DNA from: Ignavibacteria bacterium
GTDB taxonomy: Bacteria; Bacteroidota; Ignavibacteria; Kapaibacteriales; UBA961
Length of the DNA stretch: 64,000 bases
NCBI GenBank assembly: GCA_016720145.1
Contig: JADJXV010000002.1
Coordinates: 152,279 to 216,278 of the forward strand
Direction: 5' to 3'
Below, piece after piece: positions 1-10,088 of the stretch. Made by a program: the position numbers and the translations under genes. Each line of letters opens with the position of its first letter. The first letter of the stretch is position 1. The notes below the pieces were generated by a model. The model saw only the letters and a list, made by a program, of their open reading frames with translations. It had not been told where the DNA came from and searched no databases.

Positions 1-1348
1 ACCGAATGGTACTGCCACGATTAGAGAATTTAATAGCATTGCTGAGAAGATTATCCACGACTTCTTCGATTCGCTGACCGTCAATTTCAGCTTCAGGTAA
101 TTCCATTGGGAGATCGAGAACAATTTCAATTTGTTTGTTTTTTGCAGTTGGGTCGTTTCGGCGATGGACGCTTCTGAGGATATCGCTGATATCCCATGGT
201 TCATAGACAAGGCGCATTTGCCCGGATTCAAGCGCCATAATTTTACATACTTCTTGGGAAAGTGACACAATTTTACGGGAGGTTTCGACGAGGTCATTCA
301 TCACATCGTGCTGTTCATTGGCAGTCAAGTCATACGTTCTGAGGAGTTCGACAAGTCCCTTAACTAATCCGGCAGGATTCTTAATATCGTGAATAACCAT
401 TGCAAAGAGCTCGTCCTTTTGAGTTGCAAGATCTTCAAGCTCTTGCTTTTTAACAGATATACGGTCAATTTTTTCCTCTAACTCTCGGATACGAATTCGC
501 AGATCATCACCTCGCGTTTGCATCGCATCGATTTGCCCGCGTAATGCTGCTATTTCAGCTCTAATTTGACTGTTTTCACCGAGTAATTTATCATAAGCCA
601 CTTGACTGACTGTAAGATCTGTGGACATAACGCCCCCCTTTAGATTTGTACGAGTAAATGTTTTTGAAAAAAATGACTTTTTATAACCTAGTACTATTTG
701 TATTATCTTAGATAACAAAGACTTGGCAGGAATATTACTTTTAGATTTTGATTTTGAACGCAATATAAGGAATGCAGTCCCAATTACAACAACTATTGAG
801 CCAAGTATCCAAAATAAAACACCTGTACCTGATTTGTTTTGAGATTGTGTCGCACTAGAATCTGCAAGCTCGGATTTTTTCTTTTCCAATGCTATTCTAT
901 CACGTTCACGTTTTCTCCGATCTGCTTCGATATTATCCACCCGAAAATCAACAATTATTGCACTCGCTTTCCAATTTCCCGGTGCGATTGCCTGCACATA
1001 AAACGAATAATCATCTTCCGGCAAACCGCTGTACGAGCATTTCGGCGAATTCATTGTTTGCTGACGTTCCTGCTGCTTGAGTTTCCCCGTCAGCCGTGTA
1101 CTGAATAAAAGTGGCGGTCTCTCATCACTGCTTATCCTGCAACCATAGACGAAAAGTATGGTATCCATGCGGCTAAGTACGATACTTGAATTCTTCGCAT
1201 CAGGATTATATTGCACTCCATTGATGACAATTGCCTGTAATTCCGTCGTTCGGCTTACGTATTTTGAGTCAGCCGCATACGCGTGCTGAATTGCACCTGC
1301 TGCCCACAGGAACATTACGAAGACTACTAACCGGAAACAAAACTTCAT
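1..1348 (-). CDS. Sensor histidine kinase, 3' end truncated by the window start. It has an N-terminal signal peptide and periplasmic region, one TM helix, a coiled coil and a HisKA H-box.
   Basis: There is a continuous minus-strand ORF from the ATG at 1348 to the window edge. It is missing from the ORF track only because it runs off the edge. The N-terminus MKFCFRLVVFVMFLWAAGA is signal-like. A TM segment GVLFWILGSIVVVIGTAFLIL follows. A heptad-rich linker follows, then an H-box ...MVIHDIKNPAGLV... and ...DNLLSNAIKF (start of the HATPase N-box). Confidence 0.7.
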   Translation of the reverse strand, partial: MKFCFRLVVFVMFLWAAGAIQHAYAADSKYVSRTTELQAIVINGVQYNPDAKNSSIVLSRMDTILFVYGCRISSDERPPLLFSTRLTGKLKQQERQQTMNSPKCSYSGLPEDDYSFYVQAIAPGNWKASAIIVDFRVDNIEADRRKRERDRIALEKKKSELADSSATQSQNKSGTGVLFWILGSIVVVIGTAFLILRSKSKSKSNIPAKSLLSKIIQIVLGYKKSFFSKTFTRTNLKGGVMSTDLTVSQVAYDKLLGENSQIRAEIAALRGQIDAMQTRGDDLRIRIRELEEKIDRISVKKQELEDLATQKDELFAMVIHDIKNPAGLVKGLVELLRTYDLTANEQHDVMNDLVETSRKIVSLSQEVCKIMALESGQMRLVYEPWDISDILRSVHRRNDPTAKNKQIEIVLDLPMELPEAEIDGQRIEEVVDNLLSNAIKFSNRGSTIR

Positions 1349-1404
1349 AGCAATATAATAGTTTGTCAACATATAACAATATCAACTTCTTAACCAAGAC
1401 ACTC

Positions 1405-2142
1405 TCACTCAATTTCAACTGACTTTTTCCGTAATAATTCTGCCTGACGACGATGTTTTATCTGATTATTCATGACTATTTTTTTGAATATCCTTAACAC
1501 ATCAAAAAAAGTATGAAATGTGTAATGTGGTATTCTATGTTCATTACAGAATGCTGCCAGAGCTCCTTTTGCAAAAATCACATCGGCATGCGACGCTGCG
1601 CATGTGTCCGAAAGTCCATCACCTATATAGACATAGCATGCTTCAGTTTGAGCTGTGGCGAGCATACTATTACGCTTACATGATGCACAAAAACAATTGC
1701 AATTCTCACTAGCATTAGGAAAAATTGGCTCGACACCACTTTTTTGAAAATTCAAATTATTCGCCATAACATGAGCTCTATCTATATTATTAGCAAGTAA
1801 AATCGGCTGGATATACTCCTGAAAACCATCGCTCAATATCATCAAAGGTATATTATGTTCACGACAATAATCAAAGAATACCGGAAAATAAGCATCCATT
1901 TCCATCTCTAACGTAAATTTCTCGATCGTTTCGGGGGTAAAATCAGGTCCGGCTTGCTGTAATGCTTTTCGATAATACTCTGCCACCGTCATTTTTCCTG
2001 CGAGCAGATCTGTATGAAAGGGTTCAAAAATTCCAAAATTCCGGATCATTGCATCACCCACATCGCGTCTGGTAATAGTCCCATCAAAGTCACAAAACAC
2101 CGCAATTGTTGATTCTACAAGTGGATACATGAGGTTTGTCAA
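1405..2142 (-). CDS. HAD-superfamily subfamily IB hydrolase, an MtnX-like phosphatase
   Basis: Motif I is FCDFDGTIT. The C-terminus has ...YIGDGLSDTCAA... (motif IV) and a Cys-rich segment CNCFCASC. It lies 3 nt downstream of the preceding gene, so they are probably co-transcribed. Confidence 0.65.
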   Translation of the reverse strand: MTNLMYPLVESTIAVFCDFDGTITRRDVGDAMIRNFGIFEPFHTDLLAGKMTVAEYYRKALQQAGPDFTPETIEKFTLEMEMDAYFPVFFDYCREHNIPLMILSDGFQEYIQPILLANNIDRAHVMANNLNFQKSGVEPIFPNASENCNCFCASCKRNSMLATAQTEACYVYIGDGLSDTCAASHADVIFAKGALAAFCNEHRIPHYTFHTFFDVLRIFKKIVMNNQIKHRRQAELLRKKSVEIE

Positions 2143-2145
2143 GAA

Positions 2146-3057
2146 TTACGCTATACGTTCCTGCGGAGGATACTCAAAGAATCCACGACCGCTGAACTTA
2201 CCAATACGACCTGCGCGCATCATTTGCTTGAGTAGTACACACGGACGATAGCGTTCTTGACCGTACTCTCGGTGCAGCGCATCGAGAAGCGCGACAATTA
2301 CTTCAATTCCAATCTCATCAGCCCACTCAAGCAGACCTTTCGGATAATTTACGCCAAGCTTCATGGCGGTATCGATATCTTCGGCAGTCGCAACCTTTTC
2401 CAGAACTGCAAAAGCTGCTTCGTTAATAAGCGTAGCCAGTATTCTTGGTGAGCAAAGCCCGACTCTATCTTCGACTGATTCCGTCGTGAATCCAAGTGAA
2501 GTCCAAAATCGTTTTGCAATCGCAATGGACTGTTCGGACGCTGTCATTGCAGGAGCAATTTCCATCATTGAAATATGCTGTGCAAGTGCAATTGCATTAA
2601 ATCCCACAATATTATTCTGAAGTCCAAGCTGTGCGAAGAGTTCGGTAGCTGTGCATCCGATCGACGATGAAAGTATCACCGCATCCGGATATTCATCACT
2701 GACTTCGATTAGCATTTCACTTTTTTCCCTTGCAGGCAATGAAGATGGCTCAATGATGATATCGGGAGGACGCTGCACCTCGGACACATCTCCAACAAAT
2801 TGATGGACATACGCCTGTAAATATGATGGGACTAAGATTGATGAAGCGCCGCCGGGATCGCTGAATCCGAATAAATCATCCAGCATAGGTTCGACGAGTA
2901 TAGAGAAGGGAAACTCAGCTTCCGTAAGCGTTCGTGCAATATCTGCGACCGCCCGTGAGTTGCCGACAATGAGAGTAGAAAATTTATGTGAATCAAGTGA
3001 ATAAACAGCCATGACGGAGGGAATTAGAGAACGAAATAATGTCTTAATTTTCCGCAA
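2146..3057 (-). CDS. 3-hydroxyacyl-CoA dehydrogenase family protein (3-hydroxybutyryl-CoA dehydrogenase-like). The real start is probably the internal Met at about 3009 (MAVYS...).
   Basis: There is clear HBD-like similarity through the C-terminal domain (...GFVVNRIL-like NIVGFNAIAL..., ...LGVNYPKGLLEWADEIGIEV...). The N-terminal dinucleotide-binding motif is degenerate, VGNSRAV instead of GxGxxG. Confidence 0.65.
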   Translation of the reverse strand: MRKIKTLFRSLIPSVMAVYSLDSHKFSTLIVGNSRAVADIARTLTEAEFPFSILVEPMLDDLFGFSDPGGASSILVPSYLQAYVHQFVGDVSEVQRPPDIIIEPSSLPAREKSEMLIEVSDEYPDAVILSSSIGCTATELFAQLGLQNNIVGFNAIALAQHISMMEIAPAMTASEQSIAIAKRFWTSLGFTTESVEDRVGLCSPRILATLINEAAFAVLEKVATAEDIDTAMKLGVNYPKGLLEWADEIGIEVIVALLDALHREYGQERYRPCVLLKQMMRAGRIGKFSGRGFFEYPPQERIA

Positions 3058-3296
3058 AAATACAGAATTTTAGCTTGTCTTCGGCGGATTCGATATGTCA
3101 AATACCGTCAATCATCACCTCAATCAGCGCCATATAGCCGACCGATAGAATGTCAAAATTATAATTCTATTGACACTGACTGCTGAATCGAGCACGATAA
3201 CTTCCGGGAGGTTGTGTATTTTTGCAGGAGGGTATTGTCAATTGAAGTGGACTATAGGTCAAGAGCTACATTTCTCATATCACTAAAAGAGCATTC

Positions 3297-3746
3297 ATGC
3301 AGCGTATAAAGTTCTCAGAATCTATCCTCATCTGCGATTCACCGGAAACGGTATTTGACTTTACACAGGACTATTCCAAGCGTCTGCAATGGGATACTTT
3401 TCTCATTCAAGCAGAATTACTTGGCGGAGCAATTCACGCAAATAAAGGAGTAAAGGCATATTGCGTCTCCAAAAACCGTCTCGGTATGACCACTGAATAC
3501 GTCACCTTTCAACGTCCGCGCTATACAGCAGTTAAAATGACACAAGGTCCATTTCTGTTTAAAGAATGTTTAGGATCGTGGCGATTCAGACAGGTGGCGG
3601 AAAAGTCTACCGAAGTGACATTTCGCTATAGCTTTACCCTTCGCTTTCCATTCACGTTGGTAACATATTTTATTAGAAAAAATTTACAGATCAATGTTCG
3701 TCGGCGACTCATTGACCTAAAAAAAAATCTTGAACATGATTGTTAG
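3297..3746 (+). CDS. SRPBCC (Bet v1 / polyketide cyclase-like) superfamily protein
   Basis: It is about 150 aa, with a length and hydrophobic pattern typical of START/RHO_alpha_C/Bet v1-like proteins. The stop codon is TAG. Confidence 0.45.
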   Translation: MQRIKFSESILICDSPETVFDFTQDYSKRLQWDTFLIQAELLGGAIHANKGVKAYCVSKNRLGMTTEYVTFQRPRYTAVKMTQGPFLFKECLGSWRFRQVAEKSTEVTFRYSFTLRFPFTLVTYFIRKNLQINVRRRLIDLKKNLEHDC

Positions 3747-3838
3747 TTTCAATATTGTTTACATTCGCAAATACATATAGGTTATGTTTAAATTTATATC
3801 TACTAACTAATTTATAATCAATTACTTCCATATTATTC

Positions 3839-4810
3839 ATGAAAATTCTCTACCTCTTCTTCATCGCCTTCCCTCTCTTGATTTCACTTGCAGGAGCCCA
3901 ACAAGAATCATCTGCTGCTAAAGATATTTCGGTGGCTTTTGAAAAAAACTATAATTCTGATGATATTAATGCGGTGTTCGCACTTTTTTCACCGGAAATG
4001 AAACTTGCATTACCACTCAATAAAGCAACGAATTTTCTCAACGGACTTAAAGCACAGGCCGGGAAAATTGTTAAAAGAACTTTTATACGTTACGAAAATG
4101 GAGTCTATGCATCCTACAAGACTCAGTTTGAACAAGGAATATTTTTGCTAAAATTATATATTGATAGCACTTCCATGATCGGAGGACTTTTTATAAAACC
4201 CTACATTGAAATGAATTCACCTCTTCTGGAGCGCAATATCAGCAAGCTCATTCTCCCCATTAAAGGCGAGTGGACCGTGATATGGGGCGGTGACACCAAA
4301 GAACAAAACTATCATGTCGTGAGTACTGCTCAGAAGAATGCTTTCGATCTGGTCGTCACCAACGAAGATGGGAAATCATACAAAACCGACGGGAAAATTA
4401 ATGACGATTATTACGCATTCGGCAAGGATATCGTCGCGCCGTGTGATGGTGAGGTCGTACTGGCTGTAGATGGGATAAAAGATAATTTGCCCGGAGAGAT
4501 GAATCCTATTTTTATGACCGGTAATACGGTAGTTATTCGAACTGCTAATAAAGAATATTTGTTTTTTGCACACTTCAAGCAGAGTACTGTCAACGTAAAA
4601 GAAGGTCAATCGGTGAAGCAAGGTCAGATTTTGGGACAATGCGGGAACTCCGGTAATTCATCAGAAGCTCACCTGCATTTTCACATCCAAAACGTAGAGA
4701 ATATGAATGTTGCGACAGGCGTTAAATGCTATTTTGATAAATTAATTGTCAATGGACAAAGCAAGACGGACTATTCACCAGTACAGAAGGATATTATTCG
4801 GAATAAGTAG
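3839..4810 (+). CDS. Secreted M23-family (LytM-type) metallopeptidase
   Basis: It has a signal peptide MKILYLFFIAFPLLISLAGAQ. The C-terminal M23 motifs are ...GQILGQCGNSGNSSEAHLHFHIQ... (HxH). The stop codon is TAG. Confidence 0.75.
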   Translation: MKILYLFFIAFPLLISLAGAQQESSAAKDISVAFEKNYNSDDINAVFALFSPEMKLALPLNKATNFLNGLKAQAGKIVKRTFIRYENGVYASYKTQFEQGIFLLKLYIDSTSMIGGLFIKPYIEMNSPLLERNISKLILPIKGEWTVIWGGDTKEQNYHVVSTAQKNAFDLVVTNEDGKSYKTDGKINDDYYAFGKDIVAPCDGEVVLAVDGIKDNLPGEMNPIFMTGNTVVIRTANKEYLFFAHFKQSTVNVKEGQSVKQGQILGQCGNSGNSSEAHLHFHIQNVENMNVATGVKCYFDKLIVNGQSKTDYSPVQKDIIRNK

Positions 4811-4825
4811 GGATGTGGCGTTTCC

Positions 4826-6847
4826 TCAGCGCTTATCTTCAATCAGCAAGCGCACGGTGCGGCAGAAATACCGACCTTCCGGCAAATCATTGTTAATAAG
4901 CAACTTACCGTCGAATGCAGAAACATCGGCATTTTTATGATTCAATGATTGTGCGAGTGTACCGCCGCGTCTGAGGGCTAATTTTTTATTATAATCGAGA
5001 TTACCCGAACGGTCAGCAAATCCCACGATACTCACTTTAGAATTCGATTTGATTTGATCTTTTATCATCGATACAACGCGTTTATTGAGCGTCGTCAGCT
5101 CTGACGAATTAAAATCAAAGAGCACGAGGGTGAATTGTTTGCGTTCGACACTTGTATCCTGCACAACACTTACGCCGAGCACATCGGTGGCAGATACGTG
5201 CTTTCCTCGTGTATCGGTCACGTCGAGAAGTATCTGTAAGTCTTTGCCATAACGGGGCGCTGTGGAGTCATTCATTGGAATTGACAGTGTTTTGGGTGGC
5301 ATTCCTGTGCCGCTTGCTTTCCACAATACTTTACCGCCTTGCATGAATTGCACACTCCAATCTTTCACTCCTGCCTCGGCGATAATATCCGGAACGACAT
5401 AGAAATTCGGTTGGCTTGCGGTAAACGACGTATCATTTAAAAACACCGGCACATACAAATCTGTATTCGACGGAATGATTTCGACGCGCCGATTTTCTTC
5501 CTTGCCATCATCGGTTTTGGGATTGGAAAATTGTGACGGTAGATTACGCGCTTCGAGGGTAATGCGCTTAGTATCTATTTTCCAAACACTTGTCAGATAA
5601 TCTTTGATCGTTTGAGCGCGTCCTATGGATAATTGCTTGTTGTTGAGTTCGGATTCTGTATTAGAATTACATCCCACAAGCGTGATACTCGTAGCCGGAA
5701 ATTCATTCAAACGCTTACCAATGATATTCAAAATATGCGAATACCGATCGAGATCGGGTAGATTATCGAGCGCCAAATAGGTAAAATTACGCGCTTCATC
5801 CGCCGTAAGTCGTTTGTAACGAGGAGCAAGAACCGCCGATGAATCATCAAAAAAGATATAGGGAAGCAGCGGGAAAGCCGTATTGGTGGCTTTACTTTTG
5901 AGCGTAAGATTAAATTCTTTCTGACCGTCTTCCTTCATACGCAGCGACACCGAGGCAAGCAATCGAGGTTCGGGTTTCGGTTTGGGCGTCGGTACAGGCG
6001 GCGGCGGCGGCGGCGCAGCAGCAGGCATAATCGTCATATCCCGATGATAATATTCACGATAGAACGACACACCAATACCAAATGATGTAATATTCACCGT
6101 GCCTGTAGCAATCAGACTGCCGAGAGGCAATGCCACTTCAAGCCGGGGCGCAAGCTTCCACTCTCCATCCGGCGACAAGGGTAATGTATAGCCAATTCCG
6201 GCGGTAAGATCAAATCTGGTCGCACGAAACGAAGGAATATCTCCACTGGCATTCAAACGGTCGCGGCGGTTATTTTCATAGACAACTGTCGATGGACTCA
6301 GGATAGTCTCCGCTTGCGTAAATGTAGCAGAAAGCTGGGTTTGCATAGTAATTCCAATCTGAACCGGAAGTCGGTCGATGATCGAATACTCAATAAATGG
6401 AGCGACGATAATATCGCTGACACTCATTGCAATACGATGCTCTATCGTGACATTTTCTTCTACACCCGCATTGATCATTTTTTTTGATTCATTGGCAAGC
6501 AACGTTCCATTAAATATCCCGAAACCCACTCTCCCGCCCACACTCAAGCGTTTACCGAACACAGATTGGTACTCAGCTGCACCTCTAAAGGATAGTCCGT
6601 CGCCTGTTTTGTAGTCCGGACAGCAGCTCGGCACGCCATCTAAACCCTTAATATCCGTTGAGATAGCATTAACAGCGCCCGACACCGATGCCCCCAAGCG
6701 GTCCGTCGCATCACCTCTCGAATATGTCGTATCCTGCGCGCTGAGCGTGAAGGCAGTCATTCCGGTCATGAGGAGCACTATGGACAATACTTCCATCATT
6801 GTACAACGATTCGTTATTCGCATTTTATTCATAAGTCTTGATTTCAT
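4826..6847 (-). CDS. OmpA-family outer membrane protein. It has an N-terminal beta-barrel-like domain, a poly-Pro linker and two OmpA-like C-terminal domains.
   Basis: It has a signal peptide. The linker AAAPPPPPPVPTPKPKPEP is encoded by (GGC)n on the plus strand near 5998-6030. OmpA_C-like segments include ...SITLVGCNSNTESELNNKQLSIGRAQTIKDYL... and ...VSIVGFADRSGNLDYNKKLALRRGGTLAQSL... Confidence 0.7.
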   Translation of the reverse strand: MKSRLMNKMRITNRCTMMEVLSIVLLMTGMTAFTLSAQDTTYSRGDATDRLGASVSGAVNAISTDIKGLDGVPSCCPDYKTGDGLSFRGAAEYQSVFGKRLSVGGRVGFGIFNGTLLANESKKMINAGVEENVTIEHRIAMSVSDIIVAPFIEYSIIDRLPVQIGITMQTQLSATFTQAETILSPSTVVYENNRRDRLNASGDIPSFRATRFDLTAGIGYTLPLSPDGEWKLAPRLEVALPLGSLIATGTVNITSFGIGVSFYREYYHRDMTIMPAAAPPPPPPVPTPKPKPEPRLLASVSLRMKEDGQKEFNLTLKSKATNTAFPLLPYIFFDDSSAVLAPRYKRLTADEARNFTYLALDNLPDLDRYSHILNIIGKRLNEFPATSITLVGCNSNTESELNNKQLSIGRAQTIKDYLTSVWKIDTKRITLEARNLPSQFSNPKTDDGKEENRRVEIIPSNTDLYVPVFLNDTSFTASQPNFYVVPDIIAEAGVKDWSVQFMQGGKVLWKASGTGMPPKTLSIPMNDSTAPRYGKDLQILLDVTDTRGKHVSATDVLGVSVVQDTSVERKQFTLVLFDFNSSELTTLNKRVVSMIKDQIKSNSKVSIVGFADRSGNLDYNKKLALRRGGTLAQSLNHKNADVSAFDGKLLINNDLPEGRYFCRTVRLLIEDKR

Positions 6848-6856
6848 AAGTAGTAC

Positions 6857-8684
6857 TTACTTCCTGATGATGAGTTTTGAAGTAAATAATTCATTAGGCG
6901 TTCTTAGCTGAAGAAAATACTCTCCGTCGCTCAATCCCAAGCTGTTTAAGCGTTGTGTATAATTTCCGAGCGTTGCATCTGCCTCCCACACAGTGAGCAC
7001 CGGCTGCCCTTTCAGGTCGGTAATCGTGAGGGATGTGCAGCCCGATTCGCTGAGCACGAAATCAATATCTGCCGATGCACCAGCTGGATTCGGCCTAATT
7101 GCCACCAAAGTAGCAGGCGCTACTCGTTTGAAGAGGCGTACCGTATCACCTGAACGGCACAAATCTTTGATGAGAATCTCACCGTTTGTTTTATTCACAC
7201 GCAGACCACTTTGATTTTCAATTGTGATCGTGTCGAGCACGAGTGGCGTTCGGTCAGCATTTCCCAACATTACTTTAAAATTCACGGTAGCGAGTATCTG
7301 CGCTGATTGAGTGATTTTGCCGATAATTTCCATAATGGCGTCATTGCCGTCGAAGGTCACGGACTGCGAAGCACCCACCGGCAAGAGGAGCGTGTTGTTG
7401 TAGCGTACTCGGGCGGTAAAGGTTGGTTGAGCGGAAATATCTATTTGATTTGACGAGACTAACGTCAGCGGCACACTCACCGTTTCATCAAGATTTGCTT
7501 CGCTTTTGGGGAGAGTAATTGTGACTACCGGCAATCGGCTATCGTCGACCGTCACTGTTTGCTGTGCTGTCGTTGTATTGCCATGAATATCCTTCACTGT
7601 CCACGTCACTACTGTTACTCCAATAGGGAAATACTGTCGGCGCATCATTAGTAACGCTCGCGATGCTGCAATTATCCGATGTAACGGGCGTGCCTAACAC
7701 AACATTCGTAGCCGTTGAAGAACCGTTATCTGTGGGAATTGATATATTAGCCGGCGCAGTAATAAGCGGGACTTGCGTATCAACGATCGTAACGGTAGCT
7801 GTAGCGATTCGCTTGTTCCCGTTCAAATCTGTGACGGAAAGGGTAACGGTATTCACTCCAACACTACTACAGCCAAATGAATCAGGAGTCACGGTCATGG
7901 AGTCGATACCGCAGATGTCGTTACTTCCATTATCAATTTGACCTACGGTAATTTTTGCTACGCCTTGAGCATCTAATGGCAGCACGATATTCTTGGTAAT
8001 AACTGTCGGCGGTGTATTTTTTACATAGAATGGCTTTCCGTATCCCCAATTAAGTTTATTCGATTCCTGGACATAGAATTGGTACAAACCCTCCGGCACT
8101 TTAGGAGGAATCTGCCATTGATGTGTTCTACTGTTGGCAATCTTTTCGACTACTAATGCTTGGGTAATGAAAGGTGATATTCGTACTAAACTCAGGTCAA
8201 TATTCCATCCGCTGCAGCCGCCGAGCCATTGTATGGTTACGGGCGCACATTCTTCAAGAGTATCGACTATATCCGTCAACACAAACGGGGAATTAACATA
8301 GACCATCACATTGGCTGAACTGGAATTACCGCTTGTATCCCGCACGGTAAAGACAACGGGATTAAAACCTATGTTGCTACAAGTAAAGGTATTAGGCGTT
8401 ACAAGCATAGTATCAATTCCGACATCGTCAGTGCTGCCGAGATCAATTTGGGCGGGGCTAACGATCACACTGTCATTACTTCCAAGCTGTACATAAGCTG
8501 TATCTCTATTGCGTAAAATTGGTGGGGTATTGTCAATGACCTGTGAAAGCTGTATAAAATTATCAGCGGATTGAATAGGTTTTGCCTCCGTCCCTAATGG
8601 TAAATTAGCAGCAGACTTCGGAAGGGCATCTACTCCATAAACAAGCGAAAATATAATCATCACAGTAGTAAGTAGTATTCTCAT
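6857..8684 (-). pseudogene. HYR-domain repeat protein with a T9SS type-A C-terminal sorting domain. It is split into two ORFs (7539..8684 and 6857..7648) by a +1 frameshift inside a HYR domain.
   Basis: The upstream ORF ends ...SVTNDAPTVFP|YWSNSS... The downstream ORF begins ...QYFP|IGVTVVTWTVKDIHGNTT... Removing one C from the ccc run (plus strand ggg at 7626-7628) gives a continuous HYR domain, TVFPIGVTVVTWTVKD. The C-terminus ...YFLQLRT...FTSKLIIRK matches a T9SS CTD. Confidence 0.6.
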
Positions 8685-9038
8685 AGTTTCCTGTCGAGTA
8701 AATGAATTTTTAGTGCCAAACCTCTCTGGTAATAATCCTGCACAAAGTTAACGTTTTAGGCAAAAGTAACAAGCATTCACGCTATATTTTATAAATAAGC
8801 GCTCCCCCAAGCACGAGCGTTACTATTTTTCAGAATATCAACGTGCAGCAAAAAGAACAGTATCCACGCTGCCTTTTTTAAACGTAACTGTGCACTTAAA
8901 CCAAGAAATATGCCCCAAATATCAAACTTCTCCCCCACCCTCAATTTCCCTTTCGTCGAATTTCCCTTTGCCGTGTGTGCTCATTTCCCGAATTTTGAAG
9001 AAATTATTGCGAAATCCAACCATTAAAGGCAAAAAATA

Positions 9039-10043
9039 ATGAATATTGCGGTACTCCTTGGCGGTATTTCTGCCGAACGAAACGTCTCTATAGCAGGTGG
9101 CAAAGCCATTGCTAACGCACTGACAACACGCGGACATACCGTGACGCTCATCGACCCTTCCCGCGGCGCTGATGCCGTTGTCACAGCCAGCATGCTCACC
9201 GAACTCGCCTCCGAACAGGTCAGCGATATCATCCTCGCCACTTCAAAACGTGAACTCATCAATTGTGTAAACTTATCAATCTTTGACTCTATCGACGTGG
9301 CATTTACTGTGCTCCACGGCACAGCAGGCGAAGATGGGATCATGCAGGCACTCCTCGAAGCACGCGGTGTGAAATATACCGGCAGCAAAGTACTCGCAAG
9401 CGCGCTGGCAATGGACAAAGCAGCGTCGAAGGTGATGTTCTCAGCAGCAGGAGTACAGACTCCTCTTTGGAGCGTCCTCCGCGGTGAACAATTAGACGAT
9501 ACCGAGCATCTGCGTGAAATTCTCGATGAAATGCGCGGCATTGTAGTAGTCAAGCCGAATGACCAAGGTTCGACCGTTGGTATGAGTATTATTGACAACG
9601 ACTTAGATCATTTTCACAGCGCAGTGCATCTCGCCGCTAAATTTAGTAACACTGTGCTAGTCGAACAATTTATCGAGGGGCGTGAATTGACGGTTGCAGT
9701 CGTGGGAGATGAGGCATTACCAATTATTGAAATCGTACCCGAAGGTGGGTTTTACGACTACGAACACAAATATACCAAGGGCATGACACGGTATATTTGT
9801 CCGGCGGAGTTGTCGGAGGATATTGTCGATTTCGTTCAAAATCTCGCTCTCACTGCTCATAAAATATTAGGTTGCACTGCTTACAGCAGAGTCGATTTCC
9901 GTTTGGACGAGGATAATGTGCCTTTCTGCCTCGAAGTCAATACTTTGCCAGGATTTACCGAAACGAGTCTCGTGCCAATGGCAGCAGCGGCAGCGGGAAT
10001 TGAATTTGGAGAATTGTGCGAACGGATTATCGAGCTGTCGTAA
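9039..10043 (+). CDS. ddl: D-alanine--D-alanine ligase
   Basis: The N-terminus MNIAVLLGGISAERNVSIAGGKAIANAL is typical. ATP-grasp motifs are present. Confidence 0.9.
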   Translation: MNIAVLLGGISAERNVSIAGGKAIANALTTRGHTVTLIDPSRGADAVVTASMLTELASEQVSDIILATSKRELINCVNLSIFDSIDVAFTVLHGTAGEDGIMQALLEARGVKYTGSKVLASALAMDKAASKVMFSAAGVQTPLWSVLRGEQLDDTEHLREILDEMRGIVVVKPNDQGSTVGMSIIDNDLDHFHSAVHLAAKFSNTVLVEQFIEGRELTVAVVGDEALPIIEIVPEGGFYDYEHKYTKGMTRYICPAELSEDIVDFVQNLALTAHKILGCTAYSRVDFRLDEDNVPFCLEVNTLPGFTETSLVPMAAAAAGIEFGELCERIIELS

Positions 10044-10088
10044 TTTATAATAGTGAACTACTAACCCATTTAACAATAGACTTTACTC

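Noticed and set aside
839-1108. Two plus-strand ORFs of 89 and 63 aa
   Set aside because: They are antisense to the continuous minus-strand histidine kinase ORF (<1..1348), which has a signal peptide, a TM helix and an H-box.
9023-9598. A 191-aa minus-strand ORF
   Set aside because: It is antisense to ddl, which has unmistakable D-Ala-D-Ala ligase motifs. It is a GC-skew artefact.
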